From contig JAJZZA010000005.1 of NCBI GenBank assembly GCA_021797825.1, positions 3,765 to 67,764 on the forward strand: a stretch of DNA of 64,000 bases, given 5' to 3'. A program made the translations under genes and the position numbers. The first letter of the stretch is position 1, and each line of letters starts with the position of its first letter. Positions 9,029 through 17,342 of the stretch are shown here, in pieces. Source of the stretch: Bacillota bacterium. Lineage in GTDB: Bacteria; Bacillota; Sulfobacillia; Sulfobacillales; Sulfobacillaceae. The notes beneath the pieces were generated by a model, which was given only the letters and a program-made list of their open reading frames with translations, searched no databases and had not been told where the DNA came from.

Positions 9029-10531
9029 GTGAATCGCGTGGTCGAACCACATACCAAAGCGGGCGGGTACCAACTCGCCAAAGTGGTGGGCGTGGTCGCG
9101 GTCATGGCTTCGGCCCTATCCCAGGAATACGGCTCCGGGATTAATTTTGTCGCCACCCAAAGTCTGGGGGTCTATCCCACAATCGAGTCGCTGGTGCCGC
9201 TCGCCATGTTTGTGACCGGACTCTTTTATCTTCCCAAAGTCTTTCTTTTCATGCGGTTTGGCAAAATCATGCCGCGCGCCGGCGGCAGTTACGTCTGGAT
9301 TACCCGAAGTCTCGGCATGCAGATTGGCTTTATCGTGCATTTTCTGTGGTGGGCGAGTCTGGCGTTTGCGATTGGCGTGCTGGCCTTTGCCTTCGGAACC
9401 TTTTTATCGGCGGGCCTGGTCAGCGCCGGGCTGGCGGGCGGCACGTTTTTTGTAACGCCCTGGGGGCACATCCTGGCCGGAGCGGTGGCGATTTGGCTGA
9501 TATTTGCCTTGCATTACCGGGGCATCGGCAATTATGCCAAGTTGGTCACGATTCTTCTGGGAGCGGTCTTGCTCGCCGCCGCCATTGTGGTGGCGGTCGG
9601 GTTTAGCCATACCCCGGCGCTCTTCGTGCAAGCCGCCCAATCCAAACTGCATCTGGCGGTAACGGTGCCAGCTCATGCCCCGGCTCCCAGCCTCTCGGCC
9701 TTCCTCTCGGTCTGCACGCTGTTTATTTTCGCCTATGGCGGGATTTCCGCGGCGCCGTTTCTGGGCGGCGAGGCCAAAAACGGGGAGCGGTCGATTCCGC
9801 TCGGTATCTTGTGGGCCTGGCTGGCGGCGGTGGTTCTTTTCACCTTGGTGGCGGCGGCGCTCTTTCATAGTGCCCCGTGGTGGGCGATTGTCACTCTGAT
9901 TCACCATGGCGACACCGCGTACGCCACCACCCCGGGATTGGTCGGACTCTTGGGCGCACCCGCCTTGGCCGCCGGGCTTAACCTGCTGGTTGCGCTCATC
10001 GTGGGTAAAACCATCGCGCCGCAAATGATGGGCACCTCGCGGCTGGTATTCGCCTGGGCTCAGGATCATTTGTTCCCCGCCCGGTTTGCCCAAACCAGCC
10101 GGTGGCACACGCCGTCCGCGGCGCTGCTGCTAAGTGCCGTCATCGGAACGCTCTCGCTGGTGCAGTCGTCATTGGTGGGGTGGTCGATCGGGGTTACCTT
10201 TCGTTCCATCGCCATCTTGCTGGTGCTGGCGCTGCTCGGCATCGGGGTATTAAATCTTCGCTGGGGATCGCGTTTTCGCAACACCCCGTGGCGCGAGCCG
10301 ATTGCCAAGGGATGGGGCGTCCTGGTCGCGGCCATCCTCGGCATTGCCATCGCCGTCGCCCTCATCGGCAGTGTGCTGGTGGTGCCAAAGACTCCCTTCT
10401 ACTTTCAGCCCGCCTTTCAGGCCCTTGTGGCGGTTATCGCCGGCGTGGCGATTTACCAATGGGCGTCGGCCAAAGCCCGCGCCAGCGGGATTCAAATCCA
10501 CGAAATTGCGGAAGATTTGCCGTTGGAATAG
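9029..10531 (+). CDS. APC-superfamily amino acid/polyamine permease
   Basis: The polytopic membrane protein begins YQLAKVVGVVAVMASALSQEYGSGINFVATQ and has about 12 hydrophobic segments. The track ORF starts at 8867, but its first ~54 aa are Arg/Pro/Gly-rich and not membrane-like. GTG 9029 or 9038 is likelier, and the start remains uncertain. Confidence 0.8.
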   Translation: MNRVVEPHTKAGGYQLAKVVGVVAVMASALSQEYGSGINFVATQSLGVYPTIESLVPLAMFVTGLFYLPKVFLFMRFGKIMPRAGGSYVWITRSLGMQIGFIVHFLWWASLAFAIGVLAFAFGTFLSAGLVSAGLAGGTFFVTPWGHILAGAVAIWLIFALHYRGIGNYAKLVTILLGAVLLAAAIVVAVGFSHTPALFVQAAQSKLHLAVTVPAHAPAPSLSAFLSVCTLFIFAYGGISAAPFLGGEAKNGERSIPLGILWAWLAAVVLFTLVAAALFHSAPWWAIVTLIHHGDTAYATTPGLVGLLGAPALAAGLNLLVALIVGKTIAPQMMGTSRLVFAWAQDHLFPARFAQTSRWHTPSAALLLSAVIGTLSLVQSSLVGWSIGVTFRSIAILLVLALLGIGVLNLRWGSRFRNTPWREPIAKGWGVLVAAILGIAIAVALIGSVLVVPKTPFYFQPAFQALVAVIAGVAIYQWASAKARASGIQIHEIAEDLPLE

Positions 10532-10586
10532 GTCTGCCGAGAGGACTGCGGCGGATTACGCGGGGGGGGGGCTGAAGATTTTCGGG

Positions 10587-10629
10587 CAAAGGGCACCGGA
10601 CCAGCGACACCGGGTGCCCTTTGCGTTTT
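10587..10629 (+). terminator. rho-independent terminator downstream of the permease
   Basis: CAAAGGGCACC (10587-10597) pairs perfectly with GGTGCCCTTTG (10613-10623). The stem is followed by CGTTTTGG. Confidence 0.6.
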
Positions 10630-10693
10630 GGGGCCGCTCCGCGTGGCCTGGGGCCGGCAGGATGGCGGTCGGCGTTGGCGCGCACCGCAGCGT

Positions 10694-11650
10694 TTAGCGT
10701 CCGGAGTCGAGCCGCAGGAACCGTCGCGGCCGGCGGCTTGGCCACTGCTTGCGGATGGTTCGTGCGCGGTGCCGATGGCGCCACAAAAAACCCAGCAGGG
10801 CGCGGGCTTCGTCGAGTCGGGAGGGGTCGCGGCGGGAGCCGCTGGCGGCATGCAGCAGATAATGGGCGAGACTCCAGCCGAGAACATGGCGCGGGTAATA
10901 TTTCAGCAGCAGGTAAAAGCGCGCCTGTTCAGCCTGGGCATGGCGGGCGAGGGGGTTGATCGGGTTGGAGTGGCCGGGCCAGTGCAGCAGACGGGAGGCG
11001 GGAATGAAGCGGGTGACGAAGCCGAGGCGGGCGAGACGGATTCCGATTTCGGTGTCGTCGTGCCATTTCAGCAAGGTGTCGTCCAAAGGCCAAATCGCCT
11101 CGCCGCCTTCTCCCCGTAAGACCAGGCCGCAGCCCATGGCGTAGTCGACCGGGAGTTCGGCCCAGGCTTGCAACTGTTCGCGCTGGGTGGCGGCATCTTC
11201 TCCCCACAAGCGGTCGTGGCCATGGCCAGCGGCGTCGAGCACGGACCCCGCGCCGTTGATGCGCTGGCCCCCTTCCATCAGCACCAACGGAGCCACGGCT
11301 CCCGCATCCGGATACCGATTTAGCGCGGCCACGGCCTCGACCAGCCATTCCGGCAGGGCCTCGCCATCGGCGTCAAGAAATCCCAGCAGCGGATGCAGGG
11401 CTTGACTGACGGCCAAGTTCCTGCCCCCCGCCACCCCCAGGTTTTCATGCGATACGATGGGCCTAACCCGCGCGTCGCTCAGGTAGCGTTGGATAATGGC
11501 CAGACTGTCGTCGGTTGAGCCGTTGTCCAGCACGATCAGTTCGCCCGGCGAGGGCGTGAGCCGTAAGACCGATTCGATGGCGCGCGCGAGAACCGCTCCG
11601 CCGTTGAAATTGACGATGATGACCGAAACGTCCTCGACACGGTAGGGCAA
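10694..11650 (-). CDS. family 2 glycosyltransferase
   Basis: 318 aa with VSVIIVNFNGGAVLARAIESVL ... LIVLDNGSTDDS ... FLDADG. TTG start with GGAAAGGA 9 nt upstream. Confidence 0.8.
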   Translation of the reverse strand: MPYRVEDVSVIIVNFNGGAVLARAIESVLRLTPSPGELIVLDNGSTDDSLAIIQRYLSDARVRPIVSHENLGVAGGRNLAVSQALHPLLGFLDADGEALPEWLVEAVAALNRYPDAGAVAPLVLMEGGQRINGAGSVLDAAGHGHDRLWGEDAATQREQLQAWAELPVDYAMGCGLVLRGEGGEAIWPLDDTLLKWHDDTEIGIRLARLGFVTRFIPASRLLHWPGHSNPINPLARHAQAEQARFYLLLKYYPRHVLGWSLAHYLLHAASGSRRDPSRLDEARALLGFLWRHRHRARTIRKQWPSRRPRRFLRLDSGR

Positions 11651-11730
11651 GCGGCAGCGTCCTTTCCAAAATCTGTCCTCTCTAGGGTATGGTACACTGA
11701 ACCGAAAAGGTTGGCGAGGCGTGGCGCACG

Positions 11731-12786
11731 ATGCAAGTCGGCATGGATGTGCGGGTTTTGTCGGTGCAGAGGCAATGGACCGGGGTGGCGCAATATATTG
11801 CGGGGTTGGTGCGAGGATACCAGCACGATGCCTCCGGTATTGCGCTGACGGGGTTTTCGATGGAAGCGGAGCGGTCGGCGCGGGTTGGGATTCCGGTAAC
11901 GGTCATCAAGGCCCGTGCCGGGATCCCTTGGCAGTCGGCGCTGCTGCCCCTTCAGCTCTCCCCCCGGCAGGTTTCGGTGTTCCACGGTCCCGCTTTTTCG
12001 GTGCCGCCGCTGGCCCGGGTTCCGCGCGTCGTGACGGTTCACGATTTGGCGTTTGTGCGCATGCCGGAAACCGTCAATGACGATACCGTGGCGTATCTCC
12101 GGCGAGTCGTGGCGGCCAGCGTGCGATCCGCCGCGACGGTAATCGTCCCCTCCGCCGAAGTCCGCGACGATTTGTTGGAATGGATGCCGCGGCTGAGCGC
12201 GGCTCGCGTGCGGACTATCCCGCTGGGGGCGGACCGGCTGCCGATGCCGCCGCCAGCGCCCTCTCCGCTTGCTCAACCCTATCTGCTGCACGTCGGGACA
12301 ATGGAGCCGCGCAAGAACCTGGGACTGCTGCTGGACGGATTTCGGCGGCTGATCGAGGAAACCTCCCTGCCTCATCGACTGGTGCTGGTGGGTGCCGCGG
12401 GATGGAAGAATTCTGATCTAGCCGAAAAAATTGGAGGGCTGGGCGACCGGGTGGTTCTCCCCGGATACGTGGGCGATCAGGAACTTGCCCGCTATTTCGT
12501 TCACGCCGCCTTGTATGTATCGGTCTCCCGCTACGAAGGTTTCGGGTTAGGAACCGTCGAGGCGCTCCGCTTTGGAGTCCCAGTGCTGGCCACGCCGACC
12601 GGCGTGATGCGCGAACTGACCGGTCCGGGTGTGACCCGGCTCCTCGCAGGCACCGCTGACGAGTTGGCCGCCCTGCTGCATCGCCAATTGGCTGGCGGGT
12701 CAGGCCGCGCAACGTTGGCGGTTCCGGGTTGGCGCGAGACCTGGCGGGCGCATGCGCGTCTTTACCGGGAGGTTGCGGGAAGCTAA
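11731..12786 (+). CDS. family 4 (GT-B) glycosyltransferase
   Basis: 351 aa with the C-terminal GT-B signature YVSVSRYEGFGLGTVEALRFGVPVLATPTGVMREL. Its stop overlaps the stop of the convergent gene at 12783. Confidence 0.85.
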   Translation: MQVGMDVRVLSVQRQWTGVAQYIAGLVRGYQHDASGIALTGFSMEAERSARVGIPVTVIKARAGIPWQSALLPLQLSPRQVSVFHGPAFSVPPLARVPRVVTVHDLAFVRMPETVNDDTVAYLRRVVAASVRSAATVIVPSAEVRDDLLEWMPRLSAARVRTIPLGADRLPMPPPAPSPLAQPYLLHVGTMEPRKNLGLLLDGFRRLIEETSLPHRLVLVGAAGWKNSDLAEKIGGLGDRVVLPGYVGDQELARYFVHAALYVSVSRYEGFGLGTVEALRFGVPVLATPTGVMRELTGPGVTRLLAGTADELAALLHRQLAGGSGRATLAVPGWRETWRAHARLYREVAGS

Positions 12787-13481
12787 AGCAGGGTGCGCGC
12801 GCGGGGGACCCGCATGCGGCCTTTGGCGCGGGCGGGGGGCCGCAGCACCAGCATCGTGCCTGCGGCCAGCCCGGCCCAAGACATCGCCACCACCCGCGCA
12901 AGGGTGCTGACCGGGGCCAGATTGGCGTTGATCAGGCTGACTTCCCCGATTACGCAGAGCCAGCTCATGACATATCCCGACCACCCGAGCCAATTCGGCA
13001 GGGTTTGGTAGCGAATTCCGGAGATGGTTAAGCTACCGATGGTGATGGCGAAAAACATCAGCTCCAGATCTCCGATGGCATCGCCAAAGCCGGCGGCATA
13101 AAGCGCCGCCGTGATGGCGCCCGGAGCCCCGTCGGCGGCGGAATGCATCGCCGCGGAGGCCAGTCCGACCCGGATCGCGACGATCATCACCTGCCCGGCA
13201 ACGCCGATGATGGAGACATACGCCCAGGTTCGGCCCTCCAGCGGATCCGGGCTTTGCACGGCGGCAACCAAAGATGCGCCAAATATGGCGTAAAGTCCGA
13301 TCAGAACGGCGCGCATCAGGTTGATCCAACCTAGCTCGACTGCGTGGGCGCGGAAGAATTGCACAATAACCGAAGCAGGTTGGATAGCCGACGGAAATGC
13401 CAGCAGGTGATTGTTTAGAATCGTGAAGAGAAGTCCAACCAGCCCCGCGATGCCTCCGACTTTGCGGATGTTCAGTTCCAC
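12783..13481 (-). CDS. integral membrane protein of unknown function
   Basis: 232 aa. GTG start with GGAGGA 5 nt upstream. It has several hydrophobic segments (IAGLVGLLFTILNNHLL, LIGLYAIFGASLVAAV, IIGVAGQVMIVAI, and others). I recognised no catalytic motif. Confidence 0.6.
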   Translation of the reverse strand: MELNIRKVGGIAGLVGLLFTILNNHLLAFPSAIQPASVIVQFFRAHAVELGWINLMRAVLIGLYAIFGASLVAAVQSPDPLEGRTWAYVSIIGVAGQVMIVAIRVGLASAAMHSAADGAPGAITAALYAAGFGDAIGDLELMFFAITIGSLTISGIRYQTLPNWLGWSGYVMSWLCVIGEVSLINANLAPVSTLARVVAMSWAGLAAGTMLVLRPPARAKGRMRVPRARTLL

Positions 13482-14100
13482 GTTCGTCCTCCATGATCGC
13501 TATTCATTGGTATTGGGTGTTGTGCGTAGGTTGGCCGGGCCCCGGACGAAGGACGGAGGCCTCACTCAACCGGTCCCGCGGGCCGATTGGCGGCGGCGGG
13601 TGCCGGCATGGCATCCAGCTGCGGGGGGGCTTGGCGAAAATGCGCCCGCCCGCCGAATTAGCCGCTCCGCCCGAATGCACTGTCCAAAAAACCCCAGACC
13701 GCCTGCCGTTTTTCGCGGCACTTAAAGAGAATTATTCTCTCTTGGTTAAATTGTATCATGAGTGAGGGCCAGTCCGGTAGTCCCGCCATGCGGGCGGGGG
13801 CATTTGCGGACCCATTGGCACCGAACATCCTGGCGCCGGGACTACCGCACAGGACAGGAGAGGAGTGAGCAGCGCGGTACGCCTAAGGGGATGAAAAACG
13901 CGCGGGCTAAGGATAACCCGGAGGTGGGGGTCTCCGGCGGCCTTCGCGTCCAGATTCCCGGGATCTTGGGTGAAGGGGCAAGGCGGGTCTTTTTCCGGAT
14001 GCCCAAGCCCATCCGATCGCGGTATTATCTGATCATGAACCGGACGCTGCAGCCGTCCCGGTGATGGCCGCCACCCGGGCCTACACCCTTTGACAAGAAC

Positions 14101-15534
14101 GTGGCGGCGCGACAAGGAGGAATTCCCATCGAATCGGTAGCCGACCAAATCCAGCGGCTGTCATTGGAGGCGGCCAAAGCGCTCTTGCTCCGGCTGGCTC
14201 AGGATCCGGCCATTGGCGAGAAGATGCGTCCCTGGCTCTCAGCCAAGACCCCCATCTCGCCGGTTCCGGCAGCGGACGTTAGGCGACAAGTGAGACGGGC
14301 CTTTAGGTCCGTCAGGGAGGTGGGCGCCGATGAGGCGCTTTGGTATGTCAAAGAGGCGGTCGACGGCTTAGAGCCCTTGCGGGCCCAAGCCGAAGAGCTA
14401 TTGGCTCAGGATCAGGCGCGCGCCGCCTTTGAGATGTTGATGGTTCTGGTCGACGCCTACCTTGAGCCGTGGCAGGAACTGGAGGAGGAAGAGGACGGGG
14501 AGGGCAGCCGATTCTTGTCCGAGGTGGCGTTTGTTCTGATTCAGGCGGCGCTATTGGTGGAGTTGGATGCGGAGGAACGCGCCCTGTGGCAGGCCAAGGC
14601 CAGCGAGTGGGACGACATCGTGCGGGATTACGGGGTTGGCGAAATGGCGGCGGTAAGTCGGGCGTTGGCCACCGGAACGGCGGATCCCGAGGCTCCGCGA
14701 GACGAGGCCCTGTCTCCGGCCGAACGCCAGCTGGCTTTGGGGTGGCTAGCGATCGTATTCCGCCAAGACGATCACCAGCGATATCTGGAGTACTCCGACC
14801 GCGCCGGCTTGCGCGCAGAACATGCCCTTTATCTGGTGCATTTGGGTCGCGTGGAGGAGGGGATTGCCTACGCCCAGCGGCATCTGGATAATCCGGATGA
14901 TATGGCCGCAGTGGTCACTCAACTGTGGGCGGTCGGTTCCGGTGCCCCGGCGGTGGCGCTGGGGATGTGGGCGCTGGCCCAGGATTTGGCACGGTATCGC
15001 CCGCTAGCCCAACTGGTGGCCGAGTTGGCGGACGGACTGGGCGATCGGGATGCCGCCTACCAGTCTCACCAGGCAGCGTGGACAGTGGACCCGTCGGCAG
15101 CGCGTTATGCCCGCATCAAAACCTTGGCCGGTTCGGATTGGCCCACCATCGCGGAACACATTTGGGCCGAGTTGGGCGAGAAGGGGATTTTGCAGGTGGC
15201 GGTTACGATCTTCTTGAGCGAGGGGCGAATCCAGGACGCCATGGCTCTATGCGACCGGCGCAGTTGGTCCCAGGCCGAGGTTTGGGGGGAGGTCGGCAGA
15301 GCCGCCGTGGAGGTGTCGCCGGATTGGGTGATTGACCGGCTCGGTTCGCAGGCGCTAACGCTGGTAGAAGCGGGAAAATCGTCTCATTATCAGCAGGCGG
15401 CCGGGTGGCTGGCCATTGTGCGCGATGCCTATCAGGCCAAGGGCGAAGCCGCAGCCTGGCAAAACTTGAAATCCGAGCTCTTGACCCGGCATCGCCGAAA
15501 ACACGCGTTGGTCCCCTTACTTAACGGCTTGTAA
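14101..15534 (+). CDS. hypothetical acidic, Leu/Ala-rich (probably all-helical) protein
   Basis: 477-aa ORF with coding-like third-position GC. I recognised no motif. The start is ambiguous: GTG 14101 has no SD, while AAGGAGG (14114-14120) lies inside the frame, 7 nt before an in-frame ATC (14128). Confidence 0.6.
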   Translation: MAARQGGIPIESVADQIQRLSLEAAKALLLRLAQDPAIGEKMRPWLSAKTPISPVPAADVRRQVRRAFRSVREVGADEALWYVKEAVDGLEPLRAQAEELLAQDQARAAFEMLMVLVDAYLEPWQELEEEEDGEGSRFLSEVAFVLIQAALLVELDAEERALWQAKASEWDDIVRDYGVGEMAAVSRALATGTADPEAPRDEALSPAERQLALGWLAIVFRQDDHQRYLEYSDRAGLRAEHALYLVHLGRVEEGIAYAQRHLDNPDDMAAVVTQLWAVGSGAPAVALGMWALAQDLARYRPLAQLVAELADGLGDRDAAYQSHQAAWTVDPSAARYARIKTLAGSDWPTIAEHIWAELGEKGILQVAVTIFLSEGRIQDAMALCDRRSWSQAEVWGEVGRAAVEVSPDWVIDRLGSQALTLVEAGKSSHYQQAAGWLAIVRDAYQAKGEAAAWQNLKSELLTRHRRKHALVPLLNGL

Positions 15535-15698
15535 AGCGGCGTCCCGGCCTAGTGGGATCGGCGGCTGGGCAGCAGCGTTGGGCGGGTCGGTCGCCCATGG
15601 CCCGTGAGGGCGGGCGCGAGCCCAACGGGTGGGACGGAGCCCAGACCCGATCCCAAAGGCCCCGGGTGTCGGTCGGAATGGGTCGTTGCCTGGGGCTG

Positions 15699-16100
15699 TT
15701 ACGTACCGGGAGAAATCATCACCCAAAGCTCACGGGTGCGCGGTCCGTCGAATTCAGCCAAAAACACGCCTTGCCACTGTCCGAGGGCCAGACGGCCGTC
15801 ATCCACAATGAGGGCCACTGACGGTCCAATCAATGAGACCAGGATGTGGCTGTCGGAGTTGCCTTCGGCATGTTGAAATCCGACCATCCCGCGCGGAACC
15901 GCCTGTTCCGCATAGAGCAGGAAATCGTCGACCACGTGCAAGTCCCAATTTTCGTTGACCGTGAGCGCGGCGGTGGTGTGGGGCGAGTAGACCACGGCGA
16001 TGCCGGTCTGGATGTCCGAGGCGGTGATGGCGCTTTCCACTAAGGCCGTGACATCACGCAATTCCCGGCGCTTTTGGGTATTAACCGTGTACCGTTGCAT
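15699..16100 (-). CDS. YjbQ/UPF0047 family protein (secondary thiamine-phosphate synthase-like)
   Basis: MQRYTVNTQKRRELRDVTALVESAI ... VVYSPHTTAALTVNENWD ... EGNSDSHI matches the UPF0047 pattern. ATG 16100 has AAGGGA 6 nt upstream, whereas the track start at 16118 is TTG. Confidence 0.85.
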   Translation of the reverse strand: MQRYTVNTQKRRELRDVTALVESAITASDIQTGIAVVYSPHTTAALTVNENWDLHVVDDFLLYAEQAVPRGMVGFQHAEGNSDSHILVSLIGPSVALIVDDGRLALGQWQGVFLAEFDGPRTRELWVMISPGT

Positions 16101-16628
16101 GACAATTCCCTTCTTCAATCAATGGTCCGGGCGAACCAAGAGTTTTTCGCCATCATAACATGTTTCGACGAAAAATGGCCTAGCGGAGCGGACCAAAAAG
16201 CGCCGTCCAGAGCGGCTGTGAAGTGAGCAGGGCGCAATATCCCATGCCGATCGCAAACCATTTGGCTGGTAGCTCCGTCGTCCGGCTCCGGGTTTGAGCT
16301 AAAAGGGTTCCGCATGCTATGCCCGGGCTTCTCTCTGGGTTAGGGAACGGTACGCGGTTACATAGGGTTTTGACGGGGAGCGGAGAAGGGAGGGGTGTTT
16401 TGGGGATGATAGCGGGTCGTCGTGAGAGCGTCAACTCACACGCTTGGCCGCCATCCGCGACAGCGATGGGCGTGAGCCGGAAACAAGATGACATTTCACT
16501 GCGGGTCGGGCTGTCGCACGCAAGATGCCGACCCCAACGATGACCGGTTGTCATCGATCGGGGAGGGGAGAGCTTTCATCTGGGCCACGCCGGGGCCGAG
16601 GGCGTGACGGCTGGCGGAGCGCAGCGGC

Positions 16629-16859
16629 CTATTTGTGCGAATGGCGATAGCGCAACTGCAGGAGAACTTGCCAGCTAATCGCTAAAACGGTCAAGATCCC
16701 CCACGCCGCCGCCAGGGTGTCTGCCCAAAAAACGGGTATGCGGCTGGTCGCGCTGACGGTGACCATGGTGGCCCCCAATGCGATGAGCCCCGTCAGCGTA
16801 CCGTTTTTCTTGTGAAATGGCAACGCGTCCCATTTTTGTCGCCAGGTCTGCTTAACCAT
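16629..16859 (-). CDS. small two-TM membrane protein
   Basis: An internal ATG at 16859 with AAGGAG 9 nt upstream gives 76 aa. The product MVKQTWRQKWDALPFHKKNGTLTGLIALGATMVTVSATSRIPVFWADTLAAAWGILTVLAISWQVLL contains two hydrophobic helices. The longer track ORF has no SD support. Confidence 0.45.
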   Translation of the reverse strand: MVKQTWRQKWDALPFHKKNGTLTGLIALGATMVTVSATSRIPVFWADTLAAAWGILTVLAISWQVLLQLRYRHSHK

Positions 16860-17058
16860 GGCCCCTCGCTCCTTTGAACGAAATGATGTCTCGGTCATCG
16901 CGCTTATTTTACCGCAGGTTCGGCGAACAGTCAAAATCTGGGGAGAACAGAGAAGGAACATTCGAAAAGCTTTCCTTATCGGTCCGCTTAGGCGGGGTGT
17001 TGAGGCGTGGATCTGCCTGGCAGCCATTACTATCCTCCGTCACGGTTAACCCTCTTGG

Positions 17059-17110
17059 GGGACCGGATACCCATCCGTCCTGAACTGCGGGACCGGATAC
17101 CCATCCGTCC
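17059..17110. repeat. two perfect 22-bp direct repeats (GGGACCGGATACCCATCCGTCC) with a 30-bp period
   Basis: Copies lie at 17059-17080 and 17089-17110, separated by TGAACTGC. The second copy is followed by GGGATGG and CGGATGG, either of which can pair with CCATCC(G). The repeat sits between the MFS stop (17343) and the small membrane gene start (16859). Confidence 0.85.
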
Positions 17111-17342
17111 GGGATGGCAGGGCGGATGGTGCGCGGAGAGTGCGAGCGGTCCGCACCCCAGACACGGGTTTGACGCCCGGCTGGCGACAAGCCCCGAATC
17201 CGGTCTTCAAAACGGTGGCGGTGGCATTGCCGGCGGGAACGCGAGCGACTGGCGGGTGGGGAGGGAGGGCCAGGGGCGGGCGCCTCGTCGTGGCTGCCCG
17301 CCCCTGGCGAGGGGATCCCTCGCGCATCCGCCCCCAGCGCCT

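Noticed and set aside
10562-10571. G10 homopolymer tract as a phase-variation switch
   Set aside because: It lies about 30 nt after the permease stop codon and before the terminator. It is not in a coding region or in a promoter spacer.
13775-13847. Perfect 11-bp inverted repeat CGGTAGTCCCG / CGGGACTACCG enclosing 51 nt; considered as a riboswitch or sRNA stem
   Set aside because: The same chance argument applies. I could not match the enclosed sequence to any riboswitch consensus I know (c-di-AMP, cobalamin, glycine, T-box). It is retained only as part of the leader finding.
16119-16628. Possible gene in the 510-bp gap (ORFs 16115-16315 and 16180-16554)
   Set aside because: The translations are not protein-like apart from one short hydrophobic tail (WFAIGMGYCALLTSQPLWTALFG). 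There is no SD, so it is at most a gene remnant.
17059-17110. The 22-bp direct repeats as a mini CRISPR array
   Set aside because: There are only two copies with an 8-bp spacer, and no cas genes or leader.
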